A stretch of 32,000 bases of DNA from a cyanobacterium endosymbiont of Epithemia turgida isolate EtSB Lake Yunoko. Its GTDB lineage: Bacteria; Cyanobacteriota; Cyanobacteriia; Cyanobacteriales; Microcystaceae. The notes under the pieces are model-generated. The model was not told the origin of the DNA, did not search any database, and saw only the letters and a list, made by a program, of their open reading frames with translations. The stretch lies in contig NZ_AP012549.1 of assembly GCF_000829235.1 (NCBI RefSeq), positions 1,320,001 to 1,352,000 on the forward strand, in the 5' to 3' direction. The translations under genes and the position numbers were made by a program. This document shows, one piece after another, positions 17,901-25,069 of this stretch; within the stretch, counting starts at the first letter, position 1, and each line of letters opens with the position of its first letter.

Positions 17901-17979
17901 TTTTAATAATACTTTTGTAAAAGGTTTGCCCACCCCCTACTTTACTGAATAAATCAAAATCTGCAATCAGAACTTTCAT
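14974..17979 (-). CDS. Bifunctional glycosyltransferase: N-terminal GT4 (GT-B), ~230-aa charged linker, C-terminal GT2 (GT-A)
   Basis: 1001 aa. The GT4-type C-lobe motif is FVPSRYDTFNLVALESLLSGCPTVVGNRAG (around aa 290-320). The GT2 module starts near aa 626 with VSVIVSLYNAEEKLPLFL...EIILIDSGSPGDE and a DxD-like FLGVDE. An additional ~150-aa tail is unassigned. Confidence 0.85.
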   Translation of the reverse strand: MKVLIADFDLFSKVGGGQTFYKSIIKKNPQIEFYYLLDKEPLNTSRPLNANVLKYQEKFLLTDFKNFFEVTPPKWVERACVMASNIAISAVGQQFDIIDVPDYEQWGIFLRSALNRYQVNFKSIALSMHGKISKTLRLDWFDFGRDNIPLDIQEMMQYKTVDIRYGISKSYLDEWREISELPSYYYNPLHFFNLPKPTQCLTSETAPNLNFIGRTEKRKGPDIFIDLVWWLPRSSYNRAQIIGPHSYNYNNTISSQDYLEKMLENRLKDLYISAPVSQRELIELFASKSITFVPSRYDTFNLVALESLLSGCPTVVGNRAGVCRFLEEQFPKVPFITIDINDIYSSLPAIIQVIENYEEYRKNLVDTILCTNLEITDPILEEIYNKSSVADVQIRNELDQWYSQLIDYWESDQLGFRFSKIPIIKAVKSKVKFKIKPAYKQLKQTIGEIKEQLRKPLEETRNAQVLKASKLIRRYKHTFNASELTQKDLRNKVKECWKLGSAFEADVQTWQNRLENGYRIDRVRLWREIARLEELRGNDFVAATYKVRGMRLLDGDNFRDLPFVLQTLEKKGLTREAQVLQAMYGNLAERESRCHTLIEQAFNENKHNNPDWNYEIIDDRREKSSYRVSVIVSLYNAEEKLPLFLKTLQHQSLMKSGCAEIILIDSGSPGDEYLVFQQLAPKLNLPILYVKSRQRETIQTAWNRGISLAKAPYLSFLGVDETILPECLEVLAEELDKNPQLDWVIGNSLVTNVDKQGSWINDIMPYYRSQYKQDLVYLETCYLSWVGALYRRSIHDRFGYYDGTFQGAGDTEFKSRVLPFIKSKVIDRTLGVFWNYPDERTTQSPQTEIEDLRAWYIHRTLAGVRYAFANRKTEEIEQLIYLCLCYRKSYCRHTSTDLEYAYNLSLYLREIAPESQVLKYLPGIKTLLNAYRELDWMSKLSRFSPLGRMLQTRNIAHKIEQEHLKSWNSEQSFGLQPNYKIFNDNRHEQHAFLWFTEVEKS

Positions 17980-18595
17980 GATATTTTAGTTAATAACGCT
18001 TCTCTGGTTTAAACATATTTTTTATGTTTGTAATAAATCCCCAAGGGGCTTATCCAATGGTCCTGAAACCTTTAGGACAAACTTTAACTTTATAAGAAAT
18101 TAATAGTTAATTTTACTTAGGGACTGAGTTAATAGATTGAAACTATTACATTCGTAGAATCTTAGGAACAAGAGCCAAGTAAGTCAACTCATAACTGGTC
18201 AACAATATTAGTGTTTAACCTAGTTTAGGTTTAAGATACCTAATCATTGTGATTAAATTTACATCCTCAAAGGGTAACCAATTTAACAATCATTAAACTT
18301 GTCACTAGTCGACGCGTTAGTTTTAGGGTAGGTTCCCTCCAGGAGAGAGAGACTGATCAAGATAACTAATTGGAGAAAAATAAAATTAAAATTTGCAACC
18401 TTAGATATAGAATGCTCCCAGAAATAATTGTTAAAGTTCAATCAACTCTTTATATACAAAATATAAGCGAATAAAATCGTGATTTTGAGCTATTTTTTTG
18501 ATATTAAGTACAATTTATTGCTATTTTTACTGATTATCAAGTAAATCTGCTATTTACAAAGAAAAATCTGTTAAGCAGTCGCATATAATGCTTTC

Positions 18596-18838
18596 CTATT
18601 GTGATTTCATAGGATAACCTCTAAAGGCAATAGCAGTTCCTAGAATCACTTTTCCGTAAGCCATCCTCTCCATAATTTTTAAGGAAGTTCCTGTTACTGA
18701 CATAATAGGTGTAATAATCAAAGATACTTTTAAATAGAGGAGTGATAGTACTTGATTGTTAAGCTTCCCCAAGGATAAAAAGTCATCTTAACCTTCCGGT
18801 TTCCAAAAACTCCCAACCAGGATAAAGTTAAAATTCAT
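18596..18838 (-). pseudogene. Possible gene remnant: an 81-codon frame interrupted by one in-frame TAA
   Basis: My minus-strand translation in a single frame is MNFNFILVGSFWKPEG*DDFLSLGKLNNQVLSLLYLKVSLIITPIMSVTGTSLKIMERMAYGKVILGTAIAFRGYPMKSQ*. The internal stop is at 18788..18790. The patch is visibly less AT-rich than the surrounding spacer. No family recognised. Confidence 0.2.
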
Positions 18839-19487
18839 ACCGAGATATTCCTAAGCAAAAGATAGAACTATTTGACGAATTTTTGCAACATCATAACATA
18901 GTATATATTTACTATAATGATTAAGTGATTAGTATTCTAGTTGATATTCAGCTAGATTAATATTTTTACACTTGTTTGAAGTATATTGATAAGATCAAGT
19001 ATTATAAACTTCACAAATAATTATAGTTTTATCTAAAAAATATTTTTATTAACTACCTTGCTAGTTGGAGTTAATAAAAAAAAGATTAAATCTATTAATT
19101 TTTACTAAAACATGAGCTTACAAATTATATATCTAGATTAGATTTTGTTATATACCTATTTTAAAAAATAAAAGAATAGGTATATTTACGAGTATTAATA
19201 CCTTGAGGAAGTAAATCGGGGAGTTTACAATTTAAAATGTAGCTTTGAGTTAAAAAAAATTATTAATATCAGTAATTATTCTATTGAATTTACTTATTAA
19301 CCCATCAAAATCTTCTTATTTTTAATCCTAAAAACTAGGATAAAATAGTCCATATATTTTACCCTAGTTTTTATAGCCGCAATGAGATAAGTATTCAATC
19401 GGCTTTAGTGTCAGTTCTTTCTTATTAGTCTGTAATAAGGAAAAAATTAATTTTTATAAATAAAAAACTTTTAAAACTTTAAAATCT

Positions 19488-19506
19488 ATATGTTCAGTGA
19501 ACATAT
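19488..19506. promoter_or_regulatory. Perfect 19-bp palindrome ATATGTTCA-G-TGAACATAT (candidate protein-binding site, function unknown)
   Basis: 9+1+9 perfect dyad read directly from the sequence. The loop is too small for an RNA hairpin, so a DNA site is more plausible. It matches no operator consensus I know (not NtcA GTA-N8-TAC). Confidence 0.25.
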
Positions 19507-19748
19507 CAACTATTTTTATTTAGAAAATAGAGCTTAAAATTTACTTTTTAAAATTTTTAATACCCACTAAAATTTTAACTATATAATCAAGTATTTTTTT
19601 GGTTTTATCTTGCAAAAATTGATTGAATTTTGCTGTAAGTTTGGGTAAATTTTTAAGAATTTAAAAAAATATTTTTGCTTTTATTCTCGTTCTATAGACA
19701 ATTTTTAGGTGTAAGCAAACTAGTAAACTTTAATAGTTAACGTCTAGT

Positions 19749-19791
19749 GCTTAGACAAAAGTGTTCACTTTTGTCTAAGCTTCTTTAAGTT
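19749..19791 (+). terminator. Orphan terminator-like hairpin inside an ORF-free spacer
   Basis: GCTTAGACAAAAGTG (19749-19763) pairs perfectly with CACTTTTGTCTAAGC (19766-19780). This gives 15 bp on paper and about 14 bp with a 4-nt loop. TTCTTTAAGTT follows on the + strand. There is no CDS upstream within about 1.7 kb. Confidence 0.35.
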
Positions 19792-20280
19792 CACCTGCTT
19801 ATGCAATTTTGAGCTAGTCCAATATATAGTGATCGCTTTACCCATTTCAGACAAAATATTGTATTCGATGTATAGTATCTTGGCAGAAGTTCCAGAGATT
19901 TGAGACAATTATTGTGTTGAGGAAAGATAGCTTTGTTAACTTAATGTCGGATTTATAAGTTCGTTATTTTCCCTAGACGTTTTTAATTATAGTTAGCAGA
20001 ATTGTGATAACAATACCAATCTCTAGCCTGAGAAATTTGACTTTTATTTGGTGAGAAGCTTCTGACTAAACTAGGATGATTAGTCGATATTTCGTTTGGT
20101 AGACTTTTTTGCCAAAAACTTCTGTTCCAGAGGAAAATAGGTTAAAAACCAGTTACAAAATGATAGTAATCGATGAAGTATCAACTGACTTTAAGACAGC
20201 ATAATCAAGTTTCTTGTAAAGAATAGCTGTATGTTTTAGCATGGGGAGTATATTAAAATCAATTACAGGTTAACGTTATT

Positions 20281-20544
20281 GTGAATTCTCAACGTCGATC
20301 AGAAACCATCACTTATGTCCGCATTACTCAGCAGTCTTGGCAACATGGCAAAATCGAGGGAGAAGTTAGGGCTTCTCAGTATGAATGGCGATTTCAATGG
20401 TGCTTTCAACAAAGTCGTTTATGGGTTCAACCAACCTTAGGAAGAGCTTTAATTTATGAACCGTTGGGGCGGTTTTTAGAAAATTGTGACTATAAACTAG
20501 AATTAGGAGGGGACTATCAATTTATAGTACGGGCTGAACTTTAA
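20281..20544 (+). CDS. Hypothetical protein (87 aa, GTG start, Trp/Gln-rich)
   Basis: The ORF has a clearly higher G+C than the flanking spacer. It has no in-frame ATG, and GTG at 20281 is the first canonical start after the upstream in-frame stop at 20254-20256. No motif recognised. Confidence 0.5.
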   Translation: MNSQRRSETITYVRITQQSWQHGKIEGEVRASQYEWRFQWCFQQSRLWVQPTLGRALIYEPLGRFLENCDYKLELGGDYQFIVRAEL

Positions 20545-20670
20545 TTCTAATCACTAGCAAAAAAATTTATCAAAAAAACTTTCAATCAATCTAAAATTAA
20601 AGTAAAAAAAAATAATATTATCTTCTAGACTAAAAATGTTTATCTCTAAATAAAAACCAACTAATTTGTA

Positions 20671-20766
20671 ATGGCTTTAGCCGGTTCTTTCGGTGTGTTT
20701 GTAGTTTTTATTACAGGAACAATACTTGTGAATACTCAAGCGAAACAAGCAAAGATAACCGCCTAA
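20671..20766 (+). CDS. Candidate 31-aa single-pass membrane micro-protein
   Basis: Not in the ORF track because it is too short. ATG at 20671 to TAA at 20764-20766 gives MALAGSFGVFVVFITGTILVNTQAKQAKITA, one ~19-aa hydrophobic helix plus a basic/polar tail. It is locally G+C-richer than its surroundings and lies on the same strand 126 nt downstream of the 87-aa ORF. No clear SD and no match to any small photosystem or cytochrome b6f subunit I know. Confidence 0.3.
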   Translation: MALAGSFGVFVVFITGTILVNTQAKQAKITA

Positions 20767-21071
20767 AAATCTCGATCTAAAAAACTTAAAATAGCACAAG
20801 TTACTTTTACCAAGTTTACTAAGAACTTTAGCCAATACAAAATGTAAAATCTATTGCTAGACTCTGCTATTTGTCGACTAGGACAGACGGACTCTTAAAC
20901 AAATGTTACTACTATAGTATCATCTAATCTTTTGTGATAACAATGGTGCTGTAATCTAGGTTTTTAAATGCGGATACTTTCTTTTTAAAAAACCACAAAA
21001 TTATCTTTTTTAAAACTTGGATAATAGTGACGGTAACTCTTATCACGACGATAATTATATCTTGAACGTCA

Positions 21072-22097
21072 TCAATCTTTGAGTATCATAAATGGGTTTT
21101 CTTGCTCAACATTTAATTTGGAGCCTAATTGAGAAGACTGGTAAGCAACATCAGCAACTTTCAGGGCATAAAGACTTGATTGTGGCTTAACATAAAGAGA
21201 AGTTTCTTCAAACAAATGATCTAAAATTTGTTCAGTATCTTGGGCAAATAAACCGTGAAGACTGCCCAATTCAATAGTTTTAGTACCTTCTTCTGTAATT
21301 ACTGTCCCTAAATTACCGGCAAATTTTAAGGTTCCGTGACTTCCATGTAATTCAAATATTCGTTCATTTTTCCAAAACACTTCTCCTTTGCTATAGACTA
21401 AGTCAACCTTTAACCGATTATTAAACTCCAATTGAGCACCACATAAACAAGCTGTAAAATATCCCTCTTCCGGAGCATCCCAATAGCGAATGTGAGAGGA
21501 TACGTTATGTACCGTACCAAATAAATTAGTAAAGCGATGAATATGAGGTAGGGCAGCTATCATGGGAAAACCAAACATCTCTCGATGATAAGTCCAACGG
21601 CGTGGAGCTGGTTTTTGAGAGGTAGTTGTTGCATAACGACCATAGAAGACTTGACCTAATTGGGAAAGATATTGACGAGTTTTTTGATGCATTTTCCCCA
21701 AGAGTTCAATGTGTTCGATGTGTAAAAGTTTTTCTTGTTGAATGGCTAAGGATAGTAACTCAGCTCCTTGAGCAAAATTGAGAGCTAAGGGATATTCTAA
21801 AATTACATGTTTTCCAGTTTTGAGGGCCGTGCGAGCGATCATGGCATGGTCTCGGTTAATGGTACAAATAACTACTAAATCAATTTCTTGATGGCTAATC
21901 AGGGTTTCCCAAGACTCACAAGTAGAAATATCGTAGGTTCGTCCAAAAGTAGCTACTCTCTCAGGAGTATGTCCTGTGACACAACAGAGTTGTGATCGCT
22001 TGTCTTGGAGAAAGGTTTCAGCTCGTTTCTGGGCGGCATATCCTGTACCAATAATACCAACTTTTAGGGGCTGCGAAAGGGAATATATCTTCTTCAT
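21072..22097 (-). CDS. bvdR: Gfo/Idh/MocA-fold NAD(P)H oxidoreductase, biliverdin reductase-like
   Basis: 341 aa. The N-terminal Rossmann motif is KVGIIGTGYAAQKRAE. The block GKHVILEYPLALNFAQGAELLSLAIQQEKLLHIEHIELL closely parallels the human BLVRA block [39 protein letters not shown] as I recall it. Cyanobacterial BvdR is an established family member. Confidence 0.65.
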   Translation of the reverse strand: MKKIYSLSQPLKVGIIGTGYAAQKRAETFLQDKRSQLCCVTGHTPERVATFGRTYDISTCESWETLISHQEIDLVVICTINRDHAMIARTALKTGKHVILEYPLALNFAQGAELLSLAIQQEKLLHIEHIELLGKMHQKTRQYLSQLGQVFYGRYATTTSQKPAPRRWTYHREMFGFPMIAALPHIHRFTNLFGTVHNVSSHIRYWDAPEEGYFTACLCGAQLEFNNRLKVDLVYSKGEVFWKNERIFELHGSHGTLKFAGNLGTVITEEGTKTIELGSLHGLFAQDTEQILDHLFEETSLYVKPQSSLYALKVADVAYQSSQLGSKLNVEQENPFMILKD

Positions 22098-22379
22098 TGA
22101 GTTTAATTACTATTGATTAGTATGTTATTTGTAAGTACTAATCATCAATTATAGCCATAACTATAATCAATAGTAATTGATAAAAGATTTTTGGAGAATA
22201 GTTTTCCGATACGAAATTTATCAAAGTATTTTAAAGACAAGATTAATAAAAAATTATTATTTAGTTAGATTACAATAACTTTCTCTCCTGATAAAATATA
22301 AGAAAAACTTATTATAAATTTTTTTAAAAATCTCATTACTAATCCTTCCCTAACTCTGGTTCTTTTTCCTTTAGTATCA

Positions 22380-22409
22380 GAGATGAGACTTGTAATCAAG
22401 TCTCATCTC
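22380..22409 (+). promoter_or_regulatory. Perfect 12-bp stem-loop in the petF upstream/leader region
   Basis: GAGATGAGACTT (22380-22391) pairs with AAGTCTCATCTC (22398-22409) around the loop GTAATC. It ends 43 nt before the petF ATG. No U-tract follows on either strand, so it is not a terminator. Confidence 0.35.
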
Positions 22410-22443
22410 AATAATAGTTGATAGCCGTTTTACTTGAAAATAG

Positions 22444-22752
<309 letters not shown>

Positions 22753-22803
22753 ACTCTTTAACCAGAGTACGACACCCATTAATTTTGATTATAATTTAGT
22801 ACG

Positions 22804-22851
22804 ATTCAGCAGGGGTATGTGGCACTATAATCCCTGCTGAATCATTTTTTT
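22804..22851 (+). terminator. Rho-independent terminator of petF
   Basis: ATTCAGCAGGG (22804-22814) pairs with CCCTGCTGAAT (22832-22842), giving an 11-bp stem with a 17-nt loop. CATTTTTTTTC follows. It lies 52 nt after the petF stop. Confidence 0.7.
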
Positions 22852-23617
22852 CATTGACCCTCAATTTTGACATGAATAGTAAATCGATTTATCAAAAGTT
22901 ACCGAGTAACTGATCAAGACAAGGTGAGGGCTTTGGTCAAAGTTAGATCCTGAAATTAATCGTGGCTATTTCTTATAGTTGCTTGTAATCAATTTTACCT
23001 TGCTAATTACGAGGCAGATACTCAACAAGATCCGACATTGTAGCTGTTTAAGTTAACTCAATTACCCTTTAATAGCTGTCTGAATAGTTTCCTGAGATAT
23101 GAAAGAGAGGTGAGAATGTATAAAGCAGTTATTTACATTTCTTATTTATTATGAATAATACTAATGACTGTTACGTTTTTAACTAGTCCTGTAGCTAAAA
23201 TCTTTTGTTATCCTTCGATAGGAAATACATTCTTTCTCTTTGTAAGAATTTTTTAACTATTTTTATCAATAAGACGTAAGCAATTATAACCATCAAAATA
23301 TTATAAGTCATCGGTTATTATCTCTGTTTGCCATTTAACTTAAGCATAGTAACTTAAAAGAAGTTTAATCTTAATAGTTCCTGTTTTATTAGTCTGTATA
23401 GTCTGTGAATAGATTTTAAGTTTTTAAATAAAAATAACCTATACATGCTTTAAAATTTTTTCTTTGCTATTATCTACTTTAAGAAAATTTAAGGTTTAAT
23501 ATTAAAAATTTAAAAAGCTATTTCAGTAGTTATATAAGTAATTTCATAAGTAATATTATATAAGTAAGTACTAGGTTGTTTATCTTCTTTTTACATGGTA
23601 TAAAAAATTTTTTACAT

Positions 23618-23653
23618 ATTAAAATTATGCCAATTATTGGGCATAATTTTAAT
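23618..23653. repeat. 14-bp perfect inverted repeat (hairpin)
   Basis: ATTAAAATTATGCC (23618-23631) and GGCATAATTTTAAT (23640-23653) flank the loop AATTATTG. Confidence 0.7.
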
Positions 23654-23665
23654 GGTGTTGGAACT

Positions 23666-23701
23666 AAAAAATATAAAAAACATAAAAAGTATAAAAAGGT
23701 T
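23666..23701. repeat. Four tandem 9-nt A-tract units
   Basis: The units are AAAAAATAT, AAAAAACAT, AAAAAGTAT and AAAAAGGTT. A-tracts start at 23666, 23675, 23684 and 23693, an exact 9-nt spacing. Confidence 0.7.
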
Positions 23702-24158
23702 AATTAATTTAATAATATAATAAAGTCACAAATAAAGAAAAAAATTTACTTACTTATACTTAAAATATTAAATAAATTCTTAATTCTAATTATATAGATT
23801 TTTCCATGAATAAAAAGGCTAATATATTTCTTCTGATAATCTACTAGTCAGAATGATTATTAAATTTTTAAAGTTAAAAATAAAAAGATTATAACTCCCC
23901 ATCGTAGATAATAAATTTTGTAAAATATGAAGTTGATTATCCCCTAAAATTAAATATAGCTAAGCTAAGTTAAATTAAATGCCTACTTTTATACTTTTTC
24001 TTTTTATTAAAGATTCTAGAAAAAATAGAGTATACACTATAGTGCACTATAAATAGTCAAAAATTGGGTCATAATTAGAATATAATAAAATATTATAGTA
24101 ATATTTTTAGGATCTTAATATCTATTATCTGTTCTATGATATTCTATATTATTTAATA

Positions 24159-24213
24159 GAATTGATTTAGAGAAATATTTATTTTTTAAATAAATGTTTC
24201 TCTAAATCAATTC
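24159..24213 (+). repeat. 26-bp near-perfect hairpin, function unknown
   Basis: GAATTGATTTAGAGAAATATTTATTT (24159-24184), loop TTT, AAATAAATGTTTCTCTAAATCAATTC (24188-24213). The only non-Watson-Crick position is T24176 opposite G24196. That is a G.U wobble in a + strand RNA but an A/C mismatch in a - strand RNA. Confidence 0.8.
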
Positions 24214-25069
24214 ATCCATACGTTAATATCTATTTTAGAATATATTTAACCGATCTTTATTAGTATCATTAAACCAGTCATTAATCTAAAACAAAATTTA
24301 TATATTTTTAGGTATTAATTCTTAAGTTAAATTTACAATATATTTTTACCCAATTTCCGTTCTAAAAACACTTGCTGTTTTCACTATAAAAATTACTGAT
24401 TCTTCTTTTTAATAAAATTATTTTAATTTAACTAAATCTGAGATAGATTGACCCAAAGTTAAAGTATTCAAATGAATACAACATAATTATACTATTAAAC
24501 TAAATACTTAAAGGTGATAAAATCTATCAACTAAATTCAACAATATTAAGTTTATTAAAAAATTAATAAATTATTAATATCTAATTGTAACTCAACTACT
24601 CTTGATAAGACATTAATCAAATTATACCTACTTTAATTTTGTGTTTAATAATGTTTTTAACTTGACTATAATTCCACTGCTATCTATCTAAAGCATACTT
24701 TTATATTGGTAACAAATAACCATATTGAATCTTTTTCTCTCTTCTACTTCTGTGTTAAATAAAATTAACTTCTATTAAGTCGATTGAAAGCTAAACTGAC
24801 ATACCGAAAACCTGTCAGTAATACCTCTAATGTAATCTACACTTAGATTACCATTTACAGCCGCAAAAAACTTTAAAGCTTATTTGAAAATTTATGTACT
24901 TAACTGAGATGAAGGAACAATTTCTCTCCAACAACCAACACCACAAATTTTATCAGTCAAAAGAAAATAATCTCTTTCCCTTCCCCTAAACTCCATAACT
25001 AGTTTTTAAAGGTTGGAAAAACAGCTAAAAATAGCAATAAAGATAGATAAAATTTACCATAATAAATAA

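Noticed and set aside
18304-18317. ACTAGTCGACGCGT, three overlapping 6-bp palindromes. ACTAGTCGAC also occurs at 7009-7018, and its near reverse complement GTCGACTAG occurs at 20873-20881
   Set aside because: The motif is short, one copy lies inside a CDS, and there is no consistent flanking similarity. Recurrence of a 9-10-mer three times is curious, but I cannot show it exceeds chance without genome-wide counts.
24892-24996. Overlapping small ORFs on both strands (31 aa on +, 24894..24989; 34 aa on -, 24892..24996) in a G+C-richer patch just downstream of the dinG-like stop
   Set aside because: Both strands are open over the same stretch, so openness is not informative. There are no TM or other motifs and no SD.
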